Positions 50,468-58,331 of a DNA stretch of 64,000 nt are shown here, in pieces. Position 1 is the stretch's first letter; the number at the start of each line of letters is the position of its first letter. Under the pieces are notes generated by a model, which searched no databases, was not told the origin of the DNA, and saw nothing but the letters and a program-made list of their open reading frames with translations. The position numbers and the translations under genes are program-made. This stretch comes from a virus (taxonomy: Duplodnaviria > Caudoviricetes). Location: positions 20,139 to 84,138 of the IMG/VR virus record IMGVR_UViG_3300025751_000015. One strand, given 5' to 3'.

Positions 50468-50899
50468 ATGGAGTGGACTTATCAGGGCAAAATAGTACAA
50501 GAACTTCCGCAAGATTGCGAAGGTTTTGTTTACCTGATAACAAACACTACCAACAATCGTAAGTACGTAGGCAAAAAATTAGCAAAATTCAAGAAAACAC
50601 GCCCACCACTCAAAGGCAAGAAAAACAAACGAAGAAGCAAAGTTGAAAGTGATTGGAGAGACTATTGGGGATCTTCAGATCATTTACAGGCAGACGTTGA
50701 GGCACTAGGCCCAGAAAAGTTCACACGCGAAATTCTCCATTTTTGTAATAGCAGAGGCTTAATGAGTTATCTTGAGGCTAGAGAACAATTTGAACGCAGA
50801 GTATTAGAGACAGACGAGTATTATAACGGAATTATTAATGTAAGAGTAGGCAGTTCAAAGATTCTCAAAGAAGCACTCGAAAAATTAGGCAAAACATAA
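50468..50899 (+). CDS. Stand-alone GIY-YIG endonuclease (catalytic domain only; EndoII/Seg-like)
   Basis: GFVYLITN...RKYVGKK, YWGSS, catalytic-type LEAREQ and YYN; a basic insertion KKTRPPLKGKKNKRRSK. Confidence 0.85.
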   Translation: MEWTYQGKIVQELPQDCEGFVYLITNTTNNRKYVGKKLAKFKKTRPPLKGKKNKRRSKVESDWRDYWGSSDHLQADVEALGPEKFTREILHFCNSRGLMSYLEAREQFERRVLETDEYYNGIINVRVGSSKILKEALEKLGKT

Positions 50900-51420
50900 C
50901 AGCACATAAGGTTGGCGGGCCAGTTTGCAAATACCGCTGAGTAAAAGGTCCCCTGAGAAGGACACTCGTACACGTTGATCGACCACCACTGTGAGGTAAG
51001 CCATCAAACAAATTGGGCCAACTGGTTAACGGAGATTGAATGCTGTCAGTCGAAAACACTGTGTTTGAAAAAACTCTCCGCAACGGAACGAGGCGGGAGG
51101 TAGCGTAAGATGCCGCGAAGCGGCTTGCGATAGCAAAGCGATTTGTTAGCAGATTTTTACGTGATGTCGACGTAGGTAGGGGAAAGGTCAGAGCCCCACA
51201 AACAGGTGTATAAACAAAAACCTACTTCCAAGTCTTGGCTGTGACGAACTCACATGATGTTCAAGATTAGATGGAACCGTAAACAGGTTCCGTCTGACTG
51301 AAACAATCTACATGATGCTAAATTGCTTCGCAATTATTGTTCTTATATATTAAGAAAAAGAAAGTGGTGTTTGAGCGATAGCGAAAAACACAAGTGAACG
51401 CAGTTCACTTTACTTGTATT
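50900..51420 (+). ncRNA. Candidate large structured non-coding element (RNA, or ssDNA hairpin origin)
   Basis: No credible ORF; about 48% GC by hand count over 50941-51300 versus about 35% in sampled flanks; at least 10 helices. Strand and molecule type are not proven. Confidence 0.55.
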
Positions 51421-51422
51421 AG

Positions 51423-51605
51423 TTAATGTAAATCAGGATCTCTTCCGAAACCAGGTTTAACTGAACTAATCTGAATTTCCTTTAACTCGTATTCTTTATG
51501 TGGATTCTGTGTACGCATACACTCTATGCAAGTGTGTGCTTCTTCCTGTGAATTAGCAACGGTTATTTCTACACCATTTTCGTACACTATATATTTTGTA
51601 ATCAT
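51423..51605 (-). CDS. Small hypothetical protein (60 aa)
   Basis: TAAATA box upstream (51614-51619, minus); converges on the structured element. Confidence 0.6.
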   Translation of the reverse strand: MITKYIVYENGVEITVANSQEEAHTCIECMRTQNPHKEYELKEIQISSVKPGFGRDPDLH

Positions 51606-51680
51606 CGTGTAAATATTTAGGTAAGTACTTATTACAATTAAACTACGCTATTTGGTTTTATATGTTTCAAACTGTGATTA

Positions 51681-51688
51681 TATAAATA
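51681..51688 (+). promoter_or_regulatory. T4-type late promoter TATAAATA
   Basis: Exact T4 late consensus, then AGGAG and ATG 51707. Confidence 0.75.
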
Positions 51689-51706
51689 CGATTAGGAGAT
51701 TTTGGT

Positions 51707-52372
51707 ATGAAAATTAATGAAGTTGCTGTTTTAAACGAAGCAAAAAAGATCGATGAAGCACCGTACGGTATGCTAAAAGGTCTAGGCGATAAAGTTGCCG
51801 CAAAAATGGGCTCTCAGCGAGCCGCCGACGCTGGCGCGATTGGCAAAGAGGCTAATGCACTTAAAAAGCAGTTTACCAGTTTTTGGAAAAACGCTAATGC
51901 ACAGCAACCCACAAAAGAAATTATGGTACAGTACCTACAAGCAAAAGGCTTTCCAATTGCTAACACACAGGAATTAGATTCTATTGCAAAAAGTGTAGGT
52001 AAACCAAACCCAGGCATAGCACAAAAAATTGCCAAGGGTTGGAAGAACTTTAAAAAAGGTTTACCAAAAATGACCGGTGCAAAACCAACCGCACTAAAAC
52101 CAAATCTCAACGTGCAGGATGGTGGCAAGGAACAAGAAAAAGTAGCCGCAAGCATGTATGAAGCGGTACCAAAATCCCAAATACTAAGCGACAAAGCAAT
52201 TGATCAAATTCTCATGTACATTGTTAGAGCAGGATTCCAACAACGTGCTGACCTAGGAGGCGCAAGTTCTTTTGCTCCTAATACCGGGGGTACAGATACT
52301 AAACCCACAAGCACAGGTCAATCCGCGGGTGGCATGACACAGGGCAAAGATGGTGTTTGGAGATTTAACTAA
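51707..52372 (+). CDS. Late protein, candidate internal head protein
   Basis: Late promoter; N-terminal INE/LNE/IDE motifs resemble T4 gp21 cleavage sites. Confidence 0.55.
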   Translation: MKINEVAVLNEAKKIDEAPYGMLKGLGDKVAAKMGSQRAADAGAIGKEANALKKQFTSFWKNANAQQPTKEIMVQYLQAKGFPIANTQELDSIAKSVGKPNPGIAQKIAKGWKNFKKGLPKMTGAKPTALKPNLNVQDGGKEQEKVAASMYEAVPKSQILSDKAIDQILMYIVRAGFQQRADLGGASSFAPNTGGTDTKPTSTGQSAGGMTQGKDGVWRFN

Positions 52373-52881
52373 TGCCAGTTATTAAAGTCGAAACACCCAA
52401 TGGTGTTCAACAGGTCAACATTGCGGGCAACACTCCCACAGAAGAAGAAATTGCGGCAATGAAAAAACAGTTTGGTATTGGCAAATCAACACAAACCGTA
52501 AAAACAAAAGATCCAACTAATGCACTTGGTGCGTTTGCATCAGGCTTTGATGATCCTACGGGACTAAAAGGACTTAAAGACAAAATAGTCAAAAAAATCG
52601 ACAAGGCTAAAAACGCATACGATGACGGTGATGAAATAGCCAAGGATAAAAAAGGTAACACCGACAGCAAAACCAGAAGTGGTTTGAACATGCTCAAGCA
52701 GGAATTGGGATTTGAAAATCCACAACTTATTATTACAGGGTTGAACAAAATACAGCAGGGCAGAGTGCCTAGCAAAAATGAACTATCTGAACTTGCTCCG
52801 GTTCTTCAAGCGGTAAGAACAGCATTGGATGATCCACAAGGCAGAAATAAACTGCGAGCCTTGCTTAAATCAATTAGATAA
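52372..52881 (+). CDS. Late hypothetical protein
   Basis: TAATG-coupled 169-aa ORF. Confidence 0.6.
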   Translation: MPVIKVETPNGVQQVNIAGNTPTEEEIAAMKKQFGIGKSTQTVKTKDPTNALGAFASGFDDPTGLKGLKDKIVKKIDKAKNAYDDGDEIAKDKKGNTDSKTRSGLNMLKQELGFENPQLIITGLNKIQQGRVPSKNELSELAPVLQAVRTALDDPQGRNKLRALLKSIR

Positions 52882-53104
52882 AACTAATTCCAGTATCTTT
52901 GGTATTTTTAAAATTTTCCTGAACAAGTTCACCTATTGCTTGTCTTTCTTCAAAGGTGGTTTGATAAGCATCTTTTATTTGAAGTCCACCACGCATATAC
53001 CAGGATAATCTAATTAGATCGGCAACAATACTCTTTGCTTGATTTTCTAGATCTTTAACGTATTCTATAATTTCAGAAATCGAGAGTGTTGCTACCTTGA
53101 TACG
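52874..53104 (-). CDS. gp51-like reading frame (76 aa, RIKVATLSISEII...WYMRGG...TGISFI), reachable by -1 frameshift from the gp26-like gene
   Basis: 77 open codons after slippery T TTT TTC (53110-53104). First ATG is at codon 37; the same frame has TGA three codons before the slip site. Absent from the ORF track. Confidence 0.65.
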   Translation of the reverse strand, partial: RIKVATLSISEIIEYVKDLENQAKSIVADLIRLSWYMRGGLQIKDAYQTTFEERQAIGELVQENFKNTKDTGISFI

Positions 53105-53952
53105 AAAAAACTTGATTGATCAAACATCAGTGGAACGTTTACTTCTTCCGGTGCTCCTTTATCAACAAGTTCTTGGCTTACCTTGATTCGTCTAGGTTTG
53201 ATCGTCCAGTTATTTTTTACTTCTTCCAAATGAGTTTCAACCGCTACAAAGGTATCCTTATCTGTGTTGTTAAAGAAATCTCTAATAGCACTTGGATTCG
53301 ATTCTGTTCCGTCTGGAGTTTCAATAGCAATAACTTGGCTTAGAATCATGTCTAATGTTACAGCACTGAGTTTTTTAAAGCCTTCTTTAAAAGCCTTAAG
53401 TTTGTCTTCATCTGGTACATCTTCTCTCTGTAACAACCCTGTAAGTCTTTGCTGTTCGTATGTGGATTGATAAAATCCTGTGCTTTGTTTGTAGGTTAAA
53501 GGTTTCATGTGAAACGTTAAATCCTGATACTTGAATGTGTTAGGCCATTCTTTTCCCTGCATTGAGTCAAGCACTTCTCGAAGATCAACCGATGTTTTTT
53601 CGGTAGTTGGCTCTTCCAGTCCCATAATCGGAACTTCTACGTCCATGGATTCACCGTATGTGGCAATTCTGATTGCAATTAGGATAGCATCTAAATCAAT
53701 CATTGGAATATCCCACGGATCGGTGATTAAAGGACAGCAACTTTTTATAACTTCTGCTGTGGCGTCACCGTTCATTAGTGCATCCGGTGTCCTCATTAAT
53801 AGTTCATCTTTGGCTGTCATTGAATAAATTGGTAATTCTCCAGACCCTGATTTTTCCATTGGGTTGGATTTGTAAAACTTGCCTCCGCTGGGCAAATTCA
53901 AGTAAATTTTTGGTTGACGTTTATACTTGCTTAAAACGCTTTGATTTTCCAT
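53092..53952 (-). CDS. gp26: Baseplate hub assembly chaperone, T4 gp26-like
   Basis: LSKYKRQPKIYLNLPSGGKFY, ELPIYSMTAKDELL..TPDAL.NG, P.IDLDAILIAIRIATYGE and FHMKPLTY. Confidence 0.7.
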   Translation of the reverse strand: MENQSVLSKYKRQPKIYLNLPSGGKFYKSNPMEKSGSGELPIYSMTAKDELLMRTPDALMNGDATAEVIKSCCPLITDPWDIPMIDLDAILIAIRIATYGESMDVEVPIMGLEEPTTEKTSVDLREVLDSMQGKEWPNTFKYQDLTFHMKPLTYKQSTGFYQSTYEQQRLTGLLQREDVPDEDKLKAFKEGFKKLSAVTLDMILSQVIAIETPDGTESNPSAIRDFFNNTDKDTFVAVETHLEEVKNNWTIKPRRIKVSQELVDKGAPEEVNVPLMFDQSSFFVSR

Positions 53953-53965
53953 GGTTGCTATCCTC

Positions 53966-54006
53966 TATAAATAACGTTATACTAATAATTAGTAAATGTA
54001 TTTATA
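53966..54006. promoter_or_regulatory. Two face-to-face TATAAATA late promoters
   Basis: TATAAATA on plus at 53966-53973 (towards 54032) and on minus at 53999-54006 (towards 53952). Confidence 0.7.
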
Positions 54007-54031
54007 TACGCACTTAATGGGGATTTAAATA

Positions 54032-56347
54032 ATGGCAAACATATTTGCTGAAATCAACGGCGAACGCATAGAACTAGTCGGAGCGGCTGAAGAAGCCACT
54101 ATGAAGAAGATTTTGGAGGCAATCCAAAGTGGTAAAGGAACCGGCGGTGTTGGTGGTGCAGTTGGTGGTGGAGCCGGCGGAACAACCGCTGGTTTGGTAA
54201 AACTAGGCAAAAGTCTCAATGTTGTTAACGTTGGGTTTAATCTCCTTGGTAAGGTTGTGGGTGGTGTTGTTAAAGGGTTTACCGCCCTTGCACACGCAGG
54301 AAGTGCGGCGGTACAGTTTAGCACATCCTTAATTGATGCACAACCAACGGTTGTTGATCTTGCAAAAGGTATCAAAAGTGCAACCGGAGACTTTTTGGGC
54401 CTAGGCAGTGCCCTTGAAGCGGTTGTTAGTTTGCTTCAAAAAAACTATAACACATTCCAGCAATTATCATCCAGTGGTATCATGTTTGGTAATAGAATGA
54501 CCACACTGACCAGATTGGGCACAAAACTGGGCGTATCGCTTGCACAAGCGGCCGGGGAACTTACAAAAAATTCCCAAAGATTGGCGTACATGGGAACCGC
54601 AACACAGGGTGCCGCTAAAGCAGTAGAATTAACTGCCGAAATGAGTGATAAGTTTGGCAGAACACTATTACGATACGGAGTAAGTTTTGAAGAACAAAGC
54701 GAAAGATACAACGAATTGGTTGCCGCTAATGCTCTAGCAATTCAAAAAGGTACAATGAGCATGAGTTATCTGGTTGAAAATTCAGATGACTATGTCAAGA
54801 ACTTAAGAAGACTATCAGAAATTTCAGGTAAAACTGCTGACGAGCAAGAAGAAGAATTAAACAGAATGAAACAAAACAAGATGTTTGAAAACTTCCTTGC
54901 TACTCTACCAGAGGGTGCAAAACTAGCATCAGAAGAATTAATCAAAGCGGCCAGCACCGGCGGTCCAGCAATGGCTGAAGCAATGCAGGCGGCATTGATG
55001 GGAGTTGCACCACTAACCGAAGGCGCACAAAATCTTTCATCACTGATGCCAGGCTTAAATCGAACATTCACAAGCCTAGCCGGACAGGCAAAGGCCCATT
55101 CCGGTTCTTTGGAAATGTTTACAAACTCGATGCACAGCCAGTTGATGGGATTAGCACAAACCAACAAAACCTTTGTTGACAAAAATTCAAAATATTTTAC
55201 CATATTAGGAATGATGGGAGATCAATACGGTGAAGCGGGAAGTTCAATGGCACTATTTACAAACGCTTACCTAAATTCTCAAGCAAGTGCCGCAGGTGAA
55301 ACAGACACACTAACAGACACATTTATTGAATTAGAACTGGCAATGAAAAAAATTAGAGATGTCTTTAATGAAACCTTCTTACAAATACTAGGTTCCGAGA
55401 CTGTACAGAGTGCCTTGAAAAAACTGGCAGAAGTTCTTCCAATAATGGCTGACGATTTTAGCAAATTCATGCTGGGAATAACAGAAGACATTAAACAAAA
55501 AGGATTCTTTGGTTGGTTAAAGAGTGTTTGGACAGATTTAATGTTGGATCTAAGGCTAGCAATTAATGACAAACTAGGCATTGCTGTTAGTGACAAAGGA
55601 CTTAAAAGAGATCTAGAAGCAAAATATAGCGGTGCTACCATGGAGGAGTTGGAAAAAGCCAGAAATGAACAAACTACCGACAGTGGCAGAAAATTCCTCA
55701 AAGAGATGATCGATGAGAGAGTAAAGGCTAACATTCAACAGACTAAAGATATATTGAGTGGTAGAAGAGACGCTATACTAAAGAAATTTGAGGATTATGA
55801 AGTAGGGTGGATGGGAATTGATGATTTAATCGAAAGTTATACAAACAAGCAAGGTCAAACAATGTATAAACTCGATGAGGACTATGAGGGAAAAAGAACT
55901 TCCGAGATGTTGCCAATAGATCAAATGCTAAAAGTAATTGATAGATTAAATACATATCAAAAGTTTCTCGAAGACGAAAGTCGTTCGTATTATGACGAAA
56001 TGACAGGAACTTCCTATCATTATAGGTATAATCCTTTAAGAGATTCGGAAACTTTAAAAAATGCACAACAGTTTGGCGGTATCACTCCAACATACAGAAG
56101 TTTTGGCACACAGGGAATGACCGGTTTGACGAAAGAACCTGCGGATACTTTGGCATACATTCACAAAGACGAACGTGTTTTAGATAAGGGTGAAACCGCG
56201 AGATATAACAGAATGGCAAATAATGGGGTTGACGGAGGCCAGCATTTGAGTGTAAACTTAAAAGAATCGTTAAATATGATTGCAAATGCAATGAGAGAAC
56301 AGAACAATTTGACACGCCAGGTTATAAGTGCTGTTGAAAATGCTTAG
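54032..56347 (+). CDS. Tape-measure-like / hub protein (gp29 positional equivalent)
   Basis: 771 aa, largely helical and Ala/Gly/Leu-rich; divergent from the gp26-like chaperone. Confidence 0.6.
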   Translation: MANIFAEINGERIELVGAAEEATMKKILEAIQSGKGTGGVGGAVGGGAGGTTAGLVKLGKSLNVVNVGFNLLGKVVGGVVKGFTALAHAGSAAVQFSTSLIDAQPTVVDLAKGIKSATGDFLGLGSALEAVVSLLQKNYNTFQQLSSSGIMFGNRMTTLTRLGTKLGVSLAQAAGELTKNSQRLAYMGTATQGAAKAVELTAEMSDKFGRTLLRYGVSFEEQSERYNELVAANALAIQKGTMSMSYLVENSDDYVKNLRRLSEISGKTADEQEEELNRMKQNKMFENFLATLPEGAKLASEELIKAASTGGPAMAEAMQAALMGVAPLTEGAQNLSSLMPGLNRTFTSLAGQAKAHSGSLEMFTNSMHSQLMGLAQTNKTFVDKNSKYFTILGMMGDQYGEAGSSMALFTNAYLNSQASAAGETDTLTDTFIELELAMKKIRDVFNETFLQILGSETVQSALKKLAEVLPIMADDFSKFMLGITEDIKQKGFFGWLKSVWTDLMLDLRLAINDKLGIAVSDKGLKRDLEAKYSGATMEELEKARNEQTTDSGRKFLKEMIDERVKANIQQTKDILSGRRDAILKKFEDYEVGWMGIDDLIESYTNKQGQTMYKLDEDYEGKRTSEMLPIDQMLKVIDRLNTYQKFLEDESRSYYDEMTGTSYHYRYNPLRDSETLKNAQQFGGITPTYRSFGTQGMTGLTKEPADTLAYIHKDERVLDKGETARYNRMANNGVDGGQHLSVNLKESLNMIANAMREQNNLTRQVISAVENA

Positions 56348-56356
56348 GAAAATTAG

Positions 56357-58051
56357 ATGAGTTGGAAAAAATACTTTCAGGAATACAAACCAGAAGATAC
56401 TTCGGGAAAAAATAGTCCTGTATCAGGAGTAGGACAAACAGGTCCTGCTAGAACAAACTATTCATCATATCTACCTGATGTGTATTCTGGACATCCAAAC
56501 AGAATTGAAAGATACGGTCAGTATGAAACGATGGACGCTGACAGTGAAGTTAATGCCGCTTTGGATATTCTTGCAGAGTTTTGTACGCAGGAAAACACAG
56601 AAAACAAAACACCATTCCAACTTTTCTTTAAACAACAGGCAACAGGTTCTGAAACAAAAATATTAAAAAGTTATTTGCAACAATGGGTTGATTTAAATCA
56701 ATTCGACAGAAGAATTTTTAGGGTAATGCGTAACGTATTCAAATACGGAGATGCATTTTTTGTAAGAGATCCTGAAACATTTAAACTGTTCCACATAGAT
56801 CCCGCAAAAGTAGACAAGATTATTGTTAACGAAAGCGAAGGAAAACAACCAGAGCAGTATGTTATTAGAGATATCAACATCAATTTCCAACATCTAAGCG
56901 TTACACAGAAAAATCCAAATGCTCCAACAGGTCAGGTTGACTATACAACTACCAGCGGTGCATATGGAAGAGGATTTGCTGGATCAAATCCACAGCAGTA
57001 TGGTTCAAGATTTGAAAAAACAATGAATCAAACAGCAATCGAAGCGGAACACGTTGTACACCTTTCACTAAGTGAAGGACTGGACAGAAACTTTCCGTTC
57101 GGAAACAGTTTATTAGAAAGTGTTTTCAAGGTTTATAAGCAGAAAGAATTACTTGAAGATGCAATTATTATCTACCGTGTGCAAAGAGCACCGGAAAGAA
57201 GAGTATTTTACATCGATGTAGGTAACATGCCTACTCACCTTGCTATGGGATTTGTTGAAAGAATTAAAAATGAAATTCATCAACGTAGAATTCCAAGTTC
57301 AACAGGCGGTGGTACTAATGTTATTGACGCTAGTTTTAATCCACTATCAATTAATGAGGACTATTTCTTTCCAACAACAGCGGAAGGACGTGGTTCCAAA
57401 GTAGAAACACTACCTGGCGGTACTAATTTGGGCGAAATTGACGACTTAAAATATTTCACCAACAAGTTATTCCGTGGTTTACGTATTCCAAGTTCTTACT
57501 TACCTACCGGCGCAGATGATTCTGCCGCACAGTATAACGATGGTAGGGTAGGCACTGCTTATATTCAAGAATTAAGATTTAACAAATACTGCACAAGACT
57601 ACAAAATCTTGTTGCATACATCTTTGATAGAGAATTCAAGATGTATATGAATGCCAAAGGCGTTAATATTGACAACAATCTGTTTGATTTAAAAATGAAT
57701 CCACCACAAAACTTTGCAAGTTACAGACAAAGTGAAATGGATAATGCTCGTGTTAATACTTTTGCTTCACTACAAGAAGTTCCTTACATGAGCAAACGTT
57801 TTGCACTAAAACGTTTCTTAGGATTATCACAAGAAGAACTTGCAGAAAACGAAACAATGTGGCGCGAAGAGAATTCAGGAGAATCATTTAACAATGTAGG
57901 TGCAGGAGCAGAGATGCGTAGCGCCGGAGTAACTCCAAGCGGTATTCAATCTGATCTAGATACACTCGGATCAACTGAGCCTGATGCAGAATCACCAGAA
58001 CCACCAGTAGACACAACAGGTGATACACCTGGTGCGGGTGAAACAATTTAA
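56357..58051 (+). CDS. gp20: Portal protein, T4 gp20-like
   Basis: YETMDADSEVNAALD, LLEDAIIIYRVQRAPERRVFYIDVGNMP, EDYFFP...GRGSKVETLPGG.NLGEIDD..YF..KL.RGLRIP.S and ELRF.KY..RLQ. Confidence 0.95.
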   Translation: MSWKKYFQEYKPEDTSGKNSPVSGVGQTGPARTNYSSYLPDVYSGHPNRIERYGQYETMDADSEVNAALDILAEFCTQENTENKTPFQLFFKQQATGSETKILKSYLQQWVDLNQFDRRIFRVMRNVFKYGDAFFVRDPETFKLFHIDPAKVDKIIVNESEGKQPEQYVIRDININFQHLSVTQKNPNAPTGQVDYTTTSGAYGRGFAGSNPQQYGSRFEKTMNQTAIEAEHVVHLSLSEGLDRNFPFGNSLLESVFKVYKQKELLEDAIIIYRVQRAPERRVFYIDVGNMPTHLAMGFVERIKNEIHQRRIPSSTGGGTNVIDASFNPLSINEDYFFPTTAEGRGSKVETLPGGTNLGEIDDLKYFTNKLFRGLRIPSSYLPTGADDSAAQYNDGRVGTAYIQELRFNKYCTRLQNLVAYIFDREFKMYMNAKGVNIDNNLFDLKMNPPQNFASYRQSEMDNARVNTFASLQEVPYMSKRFALKRFLGLSQEELAENETMWREENSGESFNNVGAGAEMRSAGVTPSGIQSDLDTLGSTEPDAESPEPPVDTTGDTPGAGETI

Positions 58052-58064
58052 GGTAAATAAAATT

Positions 58065-58310
58065 ATGTTGTTAAAAGAATTTTTCTACTTTGATAAAAAC
58101 GGTCAAGACTTTGAAGATGACAAGCGTTATGATTCAGAGCGTGATATTTCTGTGATTAAACCCAGCGATACTAGAAAAACAAGACTAACACTTAAACAAC
58201 TTAACGACATTAGACGTACATCAGAAGCAAGAGAAGTTGAACAAGCCAAAGAAATTGAATTTATACAGTTGATGTACGGTCAACCTGCTCAAGAAGAACA
58301 AGCCATTTAA
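58065..58310 (+). CDS. Small head-module protein (81 aa)
   Basis: ATG 58065 lies 5 nt after TAAATA; RKTRLTLKQLN.IR motif. Confidence 0.65.
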   Translation: MLLKEFFYFDKNGQDFEDDKRYDSERDISVIKPSDTRKTRLTLKQLNDIRRTSEAREVEQAKEIEFIQLMYGQPAQEEQAI

Positions 58311-58331
58311 TAAAACCATTTAAATACACGC

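Noticed and set aside
51159-51317. CRISPR- or TIGR-like array suggested by three AC(A/G)TGATG words
   Set aside because: Spacing is irregular (93 and 58 nt), the repeats are only 8 nt, and no Cas or Nop-domain gene is in the window. Kept only as a motif within the structured element.
50900-51420. tRNA, tmRNA, RNase P RNA, group I/II intron or hammerhead ribozyme
   Set aside because: No cloverleaf/CCA end, no GAGGAAAGTCC, no group I P7 or group II domain V signature, no CUGANGA...GAAA core in the right arrangement, and no interrupted gene.
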